From Thermoplasmata archaeon (GTDB lineage: Archaea > Thermoplasmatota > Thermoplasmata > RBG-16-68-12 > SOIM01), in contig JAGLME010000001.1 of assembly GCA_023140195.1 (NCBI GenBank), positions 193,146-257,145 on the forward strand: DNA of 64,000 bases, in the 5' to 3' direction. Positions within the stretch are counted from its first letter, which is position 1. Every line of letters starts with the position of its first letter. The notes below the pieces were generated by a model that saw nothing but the letters and a program-made list of their open reading frames with translations, was not told the origin of the DNA and ran no database searches. Positions 56,972 through 64,000 of the stretch are shown piece after piece. A program made the position numbers and the translations under genes.

Positions 56972-57201
56972 CATATCGCTGAAATGAGATGGTTGGCAAG
57001 ATTCAGCAGGCGTTGAGATTTCATTCCTTAGGATATGTGGTGAGGTTTCAGTGTGATTGAGAGCCCTGCATAGATGTCCAATCATCCTCTCCACTTTTTG
57101 GACGACTAACTGACTAAGGAACTGGGAAGGACAGGTGCACGGGGCAGACGCGTCGCGCCTTACCAAAGAATAGTTATGTGCAACTGCAGTAACCCCCCAC
57201 G

Positions 57202-58278
57202 ATGATATGCGTAGTCGTGGGCACCCGACCCGAAATCATAAAAATGGCCCCTATCGTCATTGAACTTCAGAAGAGAAGAAAGGAATTCAGAATCGTACAT
57301 ACTGGTCAGCATTATGATTTGGAACTGTCCCAAGTGTTCTTCGATCAGTTGGATCTGCCCAAGGCGGACCATTTGCTTGATATTGGCTCCGGGACTCAGG
57401 CGAACCAAACGGCTACTGCTCTCATCAGATTGGAAGAGGCCTTTCTGAGAGAAGGGCCAGATTTGATTCTCGTTGAGGGTGATACAAACAGTGTTCTTGC
57501 AGGGGCATTGGCCGGAGCCAAACTCGGTATCGACGTCGGCCATGTTGAGGCAGGTCTGAGAAGCCATGACATGCGGATGCCAGAAGAGCACAATCGCAGG
57601 TTGACGGATCATCTCTCCCGCCTGCTCTTTGCCCCGACGGATTGGGCCGCTTCAAATCTGAGAAAGGAATCTGTTTGGGGGGATGTGTTCGTTACTGGGA
57701 ATACTGTCATAGATGCTTGCCTTCACTACATGCCGCTTGCTCTGAAGGAATCGGAGATCTTGGAGAAGGTGAAGTATGATGAATTCGCTCTGGCAACTGC
57801 TCACAGAGCTGAGAATGTAGACGATCCCCATGTCATGAGGAGTTTTGTGAGGATACTGACTAAATGTCCCACGCCCGTTGTCTATCCTCTTCATCCAAGA
57901 ACCAGAAAGAGGTTGAAGGAGCAAGGCCTCTTGAAAGGACTATCAGAGTCAGAGAATGTACAGATTATCCCCCCAGTGGGATACTTTGACTTTCTTGTCC
58001 TTATGAGGAACTGCAGGTTCATCCTGACAGATTCCGGTGGGATTCAGGAGGAAGTGACCGCCCCCAATATCAGAAAGAGGGTCTTCGTATTGAGGCTGTC
58101 CACTGAAAGGCCAGAGGCAGTTGAAGCGGGTTTTGCTGAGGTTGTCGGTCTGAATGATGACGAAGTACTGCAATCCATTGAAGCCTACTTAGGACGTCCT
58201 GAGCAACTCCGAAAGGAGTGTCCTTATGGGTCAGGAAATGCTGCGGAAAGGATAGTGACTATCCTTGAGAGAGATTGA
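57202..58278 (+). CDS. wecB: UDP-N-acetylglucosamine 2-epimerase (non-hydrolysing)
   Basis: ICVVVGTRPEIIKMAPI, HTGQHYD, EGDTNSVLAGALAGAKLGIDVGHVEAGLRS and the C-terminal GNAAERIV are present. Confidence 0.8.
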   Translation: MICVVVGTRPEIIKMAPIVIELQKRRKEFRIVHTGQHYDLELSQVFFDQLDLPKADHLLDIGSGTQANQTATALIRLEEAFLREGPDLILVEGDTNSVLAGALAGAKLGIDVGHVEAGLRSHDMRMPEEHNRRLTDHLSRLLFAPTDWAASNLRKESVWGDVFVTGNTVIDACLHYMPLALKESEILEKVKYDEFALATAHRAENVDDPHVMRSFVRILTKCPTPVVYPLHPRTRKRLKEQGLLKGLSESENVQIIPPVGYFDFLVLMRNCRFILTDSGGIQEEVTAPNIRKRVFVLRLSTERPEAVEAGFAEVVGLNDDEVLQSIEAYLGRPEQLRKECPYGSGNAAERIVTILERD

Positions 58279-58458
58279 AACTCAATCGGAAGAAGACGAA
58301 TCAAATGGATTCTTCGCTGACATCCTCTTGCCAATATTCTGAGCCCACCTAAGGCCAGGTGTTATTAGGTCAGTCAGGCCCAATGTTGTCCTCCAAGCCG
58401 ATTCTAGATATGGAATGCAGGGCCATCGAAGAACTCGTAACTCCTCAACTGGATAAAT

Positions 58459-58478
58459 GGAAAAAGAAAAGAAAAGGG
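58459..58478 (-). terminator. oligo-T terminator after paralogue A
   Basis: CCCTTTTCTTTTCTTTTTCC lies on the minus strand ~25 nt after the stop. Confidence 0.4.
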
Positions 58479-58503
58479 TTGAGAGCTGGAACTGCGTCCG
58501 GCT

Positions 58504-59013
58504 CTATGCTGTGTGTAATATGTTGAAGCTCCAGTAGACTAGATATCCATATTCTGGCGTGCATGTACCTTCATCGCATGTATATCCCTTGCCTGGGTAG
58601 TGGATGAAGATATCACCGTGATTTGTGCCCTTGCTTGCATCTTCGTTGATGAAAGATGTGAATTCCGCATATCCGTACCAGGTGCCTTGGACATCCATAT
58701 ATGGCACTCCTTCTTGGTCTGGATGGGGGACGAATTCCCTTCCCACAGTTGGTGGCTCATAATCCTCGAATCCTCCTGGTCGAGCCTTGGGTGGGCTGGT
58801 ACTTCTGTACTCAATTGAGATGACGTAGTAAGTCGCCACCCAGCGGCAGGCTTCCAGTTCGAAGTTAACACGAGCATCTTCAACATACGTCCCCTCGACC
58901 TTCACTCCTGTCTTGAAGTTCACGACCTTCTCCAGAGTTGCTACTGATCCATAGCTCATTACCGGAGCGGCTAGCATAAATGCAGCCAATAGTGCCAACA
59001 GTATCCTTTTCAT
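58504..59013 (-). CDS. secreted ~17-kDa Cys-containing protein, paralogue A (unknown function)
   Basis: It has a signal peptide (MKRILLALLAAFMLAAPVMSYG) and four conserved Cys. It shares ~60% identity with 59838..60353. GGAGGTGA lies 7 nt before the ATG. Confidence 0.6.
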   Translation of the reverse strand: MKRILLALLAAFMLAAPVMSYGSVATLEKVVNFKTGVKVEGTYVEDARVNFELEACRWVATYYVISIEYRSTSPPKARPGGFEDYEPPTVGREFVPHPDQEGVPYMDVQGTWYGYAEFTSFINEDASKGTNHGDIFIHYPGKGYTCDEGTCTPEYGYLVYWSFNILHTA

Positions 59014-59795
59014 TGATTATCACCTCCTCCCCTTAAGGGACTTGGGTATTTCCCTCCTGCGAGTGAGATTCCCTCGAATCTTGTCCTCACGCCCCTCCTC
59101 GGCGCTCGCACGTCCCAAGGAAGGACAATACACCCCTCCTCAGGATTGCCATCAGCAGTCAAGAAGGTATCAAGCCAGTTCATTTGGTCGCTGGATGACC
59201 TATGCTCCACGGCCGATTCAGAGAGCTTCACAACACCAGGCAGAGCAATATTCACCACACTATCACCGATTGCTACGTAGGGACGGACTTGTCACGCTTC
59301 TAAGGCAAAGCCAACCTCTCCAGGCTTGCTGTTCCTCACATATGGTCTCCTAGAAATCGGGACGTTGGGAAGAACAAAAGGCTAGGAGGGTTTTGATCGC
59401 ATGGGAAAGACCCCTTTGAAGATAATCTTGCCCGCGCCTCCTATCTCTCCTGGATAGATCCCGCCTCTGATGACGGAGGTGTATCTCATCTACGGTATTT
59501 GAAGATTCCCTCATGGACTAATATTGGAACATCTCTCAAGAGTAGAGACGGATATCGGAAGTGTCGTCCCTTTGGCTCTGGAGATTCTGCAAGAAGAATA
59601 GTGATAATTCTTGGGCACCTGCATGTATTGACGGCAGTGAAATTGTGTGAGACGAATGCTCGCTGAACCCCCTGGCTTACCCTTCGGTTTTCAGCCTTGA
59701 GCAGGATGGAGGGGGCACCCGACATGGTTCACGGTAGAGGCTTCAAACTCAATCGTACGGAGTTATCGATTCTCTGAGAACTTCGGGTTAATTGA

Positions 59796-59819
59796 GGAAA
59801 AAAGAAAAAAAAGAAAAAG
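59796..59819 (-). terminator. oligo-T terminator (CCCTTTTTCTTTTTTTTCTTTTTTCC on minus strand) after paralogue B
   Basis: It is a T-rich run 20-45 nt downstream of the stop, typical of archaeal intrinsic termination. The same element is duplicated after paralogue A. Confidence 0.4.
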
Positions 59820-59837
59820 GGTTTGTTGGTCGTGACT

Positions 59838-60353
59838 TCATGCACTTCGGTGGTGTATGTTAAAGCTCCAATATACCAGATATCCATAGTCAGGCTCGCA
59901 ATTCTGATTATCGGAACAGGTGTATGGCGTGTCAGGGTAGTGGATTATGATGTCGCCGTGGTTGATACCGTGCTTTGCATCTGGGTTGATGAATGATGTG
60001 AATTCTGCATACCCGAACCAAACTCCCATTTGATCCCAAAAGGGCACTTCTTCTTGGCCTGGATATACCACGAAGTCTCTGCCTACAGTCGGCGGATCAT
60101 GATTCAGGAATCCTCCCGGTGCAGCGTGCCATGGTGTTGTGTGTCGGTACTCGATTGAGACCTCGTACAACTGAGCAACCCAGCGGCATGATATGATCTC
60201 CCACTCGACGCGGGCATCGTCAACATACGATGCGTCTTCCTTAATACCCGTATCATAGTCTACGACCTCTTCGATGGTTGCCACGGTGCCAAAACTCATA
60301 AACGGAATAGCCATAAGCGAGGCAGCCATTAGAGCGAACAGTAGCTTCTTCAT
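59838..60353 (-). CDS. secreted ~17-kDa Cys-containing protein, paralogue B (unknown function)
   Basis: It has a signal peptide (MKKLLFALMAASLMAIPFMSFG). The conserved blocks ARVxxExxxCRWVA, IEYR, PPTVGR, YGYAEFTSFIN, NHGDIxIHYP, YTC and YGYLVYWSFNI are shared with paralogue A. Confidence 0.6.
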   Translation of the reverse strand: MKKLLFALMAASLMAIPFMSFGTVATIEEVVDYDTGIKEDASYVDDARVEWEIISCRWVAQLYEVSIEYRHTTPWHAAPGGFLNHDPPTVGRDFVVYPGQEEVPFWDQMGVWFGYAEFTSFINPDAKHGINHGDIIIHYPDTPYTCSDNQNCEPDYGYLVYWSFNIHHRSA

Positions 60354-61213
60354 TGATTATCACCTCCTCCCTATTCGGGACTCAGGTATTTCCCCCTGGT
60401 GGGTGAGATTCCTTCGAATCCTGTCATCGCGCCCCCCTCGGCGCTCGTGTAACCAGAGAAAAACATCTCCGTCTCTCCCCAGGATTACTGTAAGGAATTG
60501 AGAATGTGTTATGCCAGTACCCCTTATCGTAATGAGACCTATGCTCCAGCGTCGACTTCCCAGGATCTGCTGTAACAAGCTCAATGGTGTTCACTCTGTA
60601 TCACACTCCAAGACGTTTTCAGGGACGGACTTGTTGTGGTTTTCGGCTATGTCTACCCATCGGGGTTTCTGGAAGTGCAAGAAAGAACAGCTATTCTGGT
60701 GGGATGGAAAGATCCGTCAGAGATTTCCGTACTCCCGCCTCCTGTTCCCCCCTGTGTAGATGTAGCTCCAATTGATAAGCTGGCATGGGTTATGTTGTAT
60801 TTCAAGTTTCCTCTCTGGATGTGCAGAATATCTTATTCCGAATGCACGAACAACCGCTTCTATAGAATAGGTGGGATGATTTGAGCTTGTGAGAAATCTC
60901 TACGGAGAAAAATGACATCTGAATGGCGCATAAGATGCGAGGGTTCCAAGAAAAGGTGTCAGAACATCGAAAGACCCCCTCATACGAACTCAAGTTCTTT
61001 TCAGAGGTGGCGACTAGAGTCCATTGAGTGATTAGGTTTTTGCTGAAAACTGTTCAATTGGTGATTTAGCAGTACATCACGAGGGTTGTAGACGATGGGT
61101 CCCTCCCACATTCGCCCATACGCCAGTTTTGGGTAGGGGACATCAAATGTGAGATCGTCCATTCCTACTCCGCGCTTTTCTAGGACGTCTGGGGACAAGA
61201 GCCCAGGCCATTT

Positions 61214-62395
61214 CTAAATTAGAGAAGAGTATATGGACTCTAATGGCTCGAGAAGTTTGTCCCATGTGTAATGGTCTCGAATCACCGTGACGGCATTCTT
61301 CGAGGCACGATGCCAAGTACTTTTATCTCTCAACGCAAGAGCAGCATCAACCAGTTCTTCAGGTTCTCCTGACGCTGTTGCAATCCCCGCCCCAGATTCG
61401 TGAATAAACTCTCCCCAGTCTCCGACACGCGGCGCAATCACGGGCAGCCCGCAAGACATGTAGTCCATTATCTTGATGGGCCACGCAACTTGTCGAACCA
61501 GATCTGTTGTTGATGGTGCTACGCCAATTTGTGAACGAGAGAAGACTTTCAAGGCGTGTTTCCGAGGCTTAGCACCCAAATACTTCAGGTTGGGCGGCTT
61601 CTTCTCACGGATATTTCTCAGTATGTCGTCCTTTCTTGGACCACCGCCTAGTAACAGGAAGCCTAGCTCACGGCTCTTCCTCAGGTGAGCCATTCTCACA
61701 TAATCCTCCACACGTTCCCAATATGAGAAAGCGCCTCCATATACCAAAGTCATCCTGGGGGAATAGTATGCCAGATGGTCAGAGACAAATCCACCATTCG
61801 GCACTACAGTTACCTTTCTTGGGGAGGCTCCATAATTGGAAACAATGTAGTCTCTCATCCTATTGCTCACCACGATGGTATGATCAGCGTGACAGACAGC
61901 CAGTCTCTCAATCTTCGTCAAGTAGTCGGCCTTTTCCGAATAGTCTTGACCACACTCCCCGACGCATTCTTCTCCCCATAGGCCATGAAGATCAAGGACA
62001 TAGGGAAGACCCGTCCTCTCAGCCACAACTCTGGAAATGTGTCCCATATGGGAACCTTCGGCGTGGATAGCCCCAACACTCTCCTGAAGCGCTTCAGTTT
62101 TCGAAAGAATGCGCTTGTCAATCTCTATTGTCCTGAAGTCATTGGATAGTTGGCTGGATCGTGCGGATTGTCCTTCAAAGACCCGTTGTTTGAGCCGTAA
62201 GGCCGAGTTGACTAGAAGATGTTTGACCCGTTGAGATCTACTTATCTTTGAAACCTCAATCACACTAGTTCCTAATGAGGCTATCTGACGGAGCATCTCT
62301 CTACTTCGAATTCCCATGCCAAATCCGCCTTCTCCAAGGAAGGCAATCCTCTTCATGTTGTTCTCCTCTGAATGTAAGCAGGCAATAATGACCAC
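61214..62395 (-). CDS. glycosyltransferase family 4 (GT-B, group 1)
   Basis: The C-terminal GT1 motifs are present (the E-x7-E region GVAPSTTD...GLPVIAPRVGDWGEFI), with an N-terminal GT4-type domain. The RBS AGAGGAGAA precedes the ATG. Confidence 0.7.
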   Translation of the reverse strand: MVIIACLHSEENNMKRIAFLGEGGFGMGIRSREMLRQIASLGTSVIEVSKISRSQRVKHLLVNSALRLKQRVFEGQSARSSQLSNDFRTIEIDKRILSKTEALQESVGAIHAEGSHMGHISRVVAERTGLPYVLDLHGLWGEECVGECGQDYSEKADYLTKIERLAVCHADHTIVVSNRMRDYIVSNYGASPRKVTVVPNGGFVSDHLAYYSPRMTLVYGGAFSYWERVEDYVRMAHLRKSRELGFLLLGGGPRKDDILRNIREKKPPNLKYLGAKPRKHALKVFSRSQIGVAPSTTDLVRQVAWPIKIMDYMSCGLPVIAPRVGDWGEFIHESGAGIATASGEPEELVDAALALRDKSTWHRASKNAVTVIRDHYTWDKLLEPLESIYSSLI

Positions 62396-62558
62396 GACAT
62401 ATTTGGTAGCTCATTTATCGTTTGAACTCGTGTCAATCTTCTTTGTAGGACTCTTGCGGGGAAAGGGTGGCAAGAAAAGCCTGGTCCTGCAACAATCAAA
62501 GACCCCAAGGAGTTCGAGAACCAGGTGAAGATTCTATGCTTCCATCAGTCTCCTCTAG

Positions 62559-62990
62559 ATGCCATCCCTTCTTCTTGAGTCTATCGTTGTGAATTGCATT
62601 GGGAAGGGGCGATGTCTCAATACTGCCCAAACTAATGTCGCTTCAGCAAATGAATCCCTTGGGGACTGCGAATGTGTATTCAACGCCGTTTCTGATAGAT
62701 GGCCAGAACTCCGCAGGAAACACTTGATTGACGACATGCCAGCAATCAGCACAAAAGGGATCGACATCACATCTTATAGACTGGGACGGTTTCAGAAAAA
62801 GGTATTGCCCCGTAGTGTCAGTGGAGCGAAACACCTCTTGTCAGAGGACATCTCTGTGAGACTCGGCGACATCAGGAAAGGCAAGGCCAGATTGCGAAGC
62901 CCTCTCAGCCGCTGCAATCTCGTGACTGAGAAAATCAGACTGGGGACGTCGGTGGTCGATAATGTGGAGAAAGGAGATCATTCTTCTTGA
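62559..62990 (+). CDS. hypothetical ORF in 600-bp gap between GT4 and radical-SAM genes
   Basis: It is a 143-aa ORF with no recognisable motif, an unconvincing start context, and possibly noncoding. Confidence 0.15.
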   Translation: MPSLLLESIVVNCIGKGRCLNTAQTNVASANESLGDCECVFNAVSDRWPELRRKHLIDDMPAISTKGIDITSYRLGRFQKKVLPRSVSGAKHLLSEDISVRLGDIRKGKARLRSPLSRCNLVTEKIRLGTSVVDNVEKGDHSS

Positions 62991-63001
62991 TGAGTTCTTC
63001 C

Positions 63002-64000
63002 TTAAATGTTCTCCTTTTGTTCACCATGGAGGTGGTGTTTTTGAGCTGCCAGAAGTGGGAGGACCTTTGGGAATCTTGAGGCCACCTCAACTGCAATGGT
63101 TGACGATCTCAGGAGTTCTTCGACATTCAAGCCGTTCTTAGCGAAGTGGATGAGTCTCTCGAGAGAAGCCCTCATTCCCATGTAATTCTTCATCAGGAAC
63201 AGCCTTGATTCTCCCAACTCAGAGGCGCTCATCGACTCAGATCCCATCACTCCACTGAATGATGTAAAGCGCGACCAGTCCTCGGTTTCCAATAGCCCAT
63301 GATCTTGGGCATATTGATATAAGCGTGTGCCTGGATAGGGCGTCGCGAGATTGATGGATATGTCTACGTTTCCCAGCTGCCTCAGAGTCTTGAGAGTCCT
63401 TCGTATGGTGCTTCGATTCTCCCCGGGAAGACCCAAGATGATATGCGTCAACGGGCTTACTCCTGCTTCTTTTGCCAGTCTTATGGATGTTCTGACTGTT
63501 GAGATCTTCATACCGGGCTTACCGACTTTTCGAAGGAGGTCTGGATCTCCCGTTTCGAGACCAAAATGAACTCTGCTGCAACCGGCCTGTTTCATCTTCT
63601 TGAGAAGTCTCTCTGAAACCAAGTCGAATCTGGTCTCGCATAACCACTGAATCTTCAAGTCTCGCTCCATGATCAAATCGCAAATCCTCTCAGCTCTGTC
63701 TGACTTGGATGAGAATAGTTGGTCACGGAAGGTGAATGCCGTAGTCCCATACTCGTGATGGAGGTATTCCATCTCTCTGACAACGTCTTCGACAGAGCGA
63801 AGGCGAAGAGTGGCTCCCATACCGATGGGATAAGGGCAGTAGAATGAACAAGGCATAGGGCAGCCTCTGCTACCCCAAATCGGGAAGAACCTTTCCTCTC
63901 TTCCAAAGTGGGGATCACGATAGCGAGTGATAGGCATGTCTTCATGAGGAGGCCAGGGCAGTTTGTTCAGGTCTACGGCGTCAGCTGAAACCCTTGTAGT
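63002..64000 (-). CDS. radical SAM enzyme (B12-binding-type rSAM C-terminal half), 5' end beyond window
   Basis: The cluster motif region GSRGCPMPCSFYCPYP has unusual CX3CX3C spacing. FGLETGDPDLL and ILGLPGE are typical of class B rSAM. The reading frame stays open upstream of the listed ATG (63937) to the window edge. Confidence 0.6.
   Translation of the reverse strand, partial: TTRVSADAVDLNKLPWPPHEDMPITRYRDPHFGREERFFPIWGSRGCPMPCSFYCPYPIGMGATLRLRSVEDVVREMEYLHHEYGTTAFTFRDQLFSSKSDRAERICDLIMERDLKIQWLCETRFDLVSERLLKKMKQAGCSRVHFGLETGDPDLLRKVGKPGMKISTVRTSIRLAKEAGVSPLTHIILGLPGENRSTIRRTLKTLRQLGNVDISINLATPYPGTRLYQYAQDHGLLETEDWSRFTSFSGVMGSESMSASELGESRLFLMKNYMGMRASLERLIHFAKNGLNVEELLRSSTIAVEVASRFPKVLPLLAAQKHHLHGEQKENI

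Larger units (their letters stand above)
58459..59795. repeat. tandem duplication unit 1 (~1.34 kb: terminator + paralogue A + conserved leader/upstream block)
   Basis: The offsets between equivalent landmarks of the two copies are 1337-1343 bp. The leader and ~280 bp upstream are clearly alignable, and the distal ~500 bp is diverged but still recognisable (CCCGCCTCCT...TAGAT). Confidence 0.5.
59796..61135. repeat. tandem duplication unit 2 (terminator + paralogue B + conserved leader/upstream block)
   Basis: See unit 1. Confidence 0.5.

Noticed and set aside
57000-57201. Possible long 5' UTR or regulatory RNA upstream of wecB.
   Set aside because: No clear promoter lies close to the wecB ATG apart from a weak AATAGTTA, and there is no conserved structure I could support. 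I left it unannotated.
62555-62770. A 71-aa minus-strand ORF and a 143-aa plus-strand ORF in the GT4 to radical-SAM spacer.
   Set aside because: Neither has recognisable motifs or a convincing translation-initiation context. The plus-strand ORF is retained only as a very low-confidence feature.

Overview
This 64-kb window appears to be a chromosomal segment from an archaeon, about 54% GC. The archaeal call rests on an eIF1A-Rio1-KH(Dim2) block with Nob1 and Csl4 nearby, an archaeal-type CoA pathway (GHMP pantoate-kinase-like gene next to CoaBC), TATA-like boxes about 25-45 nt upstream of ATGs, and SD motifs such as GGAGGTGA. GyrA and GyrB are both present, which fits a gyrase-containing euryarchaeal or Thermoplasmatota-like lineage; this is inferred and cannot be confirmed without a search. 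I call about 60 CDS and one tRNA-Cys (GCA) that sits immediately upstream of cysS. I found no CRISPR array, rRNA, integrase or transposase.

The window divides into six blocks:
1. 1-17.5 kb: an accessory-looking surface cluster. It holds a Rab-like small GTPase, an acyl-CoA dehydrogenase, a 1217-aa double-FtsX ABC permease, and three consecutive signal-peptide plus C-terminal-TM beta-propeller proteins (PQQ, WD40, FG-GAP). A CcdA/DsbD-like membrane protein, a NapH/MauN-type membrane polyferredoxin and an HgdB/BcrC-family dehydratase-like protein follow, then a 1343-aa PQQ/Ig-repeat/FN3 surface protein.
2. 17.5-26 kb: a ribosome-biogenesis island (COG2263-like methyltransferase, Csl4, Nob1, eIF1A, Rio1, Dim2). 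A SHMT-family gene, an E1-like ThiF/MoeB enzyme with an unusual C-terminal domain, a THUMP-less ThiI-like PP-loop ATPase, and a small paralogue of that E1 C-terminal domain are interleaved with it.
3. 26-45 kb: housekeeping genes (PpsA, PrsW-like protease, JAMM/MPN+ metalloprotease, Tmk, HerA-like ATPase, PoK-CoaBC, FolC, Nth, GyrB-GyrA, CysS).
4. 45.2-45.9 kb: a 727-bp ORF-free region with nested inverted repeats, a candidate structured ncRNA.
5. 45.9-56.9 kb: a MacB-like ABC transporter with a polytopic membrane protein, a HEPN-MNT toxin-antitoxin pair, and a tightly packed sulfate-activation operon (RHH regulator, Sat, DHH/NrnA-like, NPP-family phosphodiesterase, CysC).
6. 57-64 kb: a glycan-type cluster (WecB, GT4, a B12-type radical SAM with an unusual CX3CX3C motif) surrounding a tandem ~1.34-kb duplication. 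Each copy carries a small secreted Cys-containing protein, a conserved 5' leader and an oligo-T terminator.

The candidates I rate most interesting are the E1-like/ThiI-like/shared-domain sulfur-relay or Ubl-like module, the membrane redox module embedded among the surface beta-propellers, the sulfation operon next to glycan genes, and the duplicated secreted-protein module.
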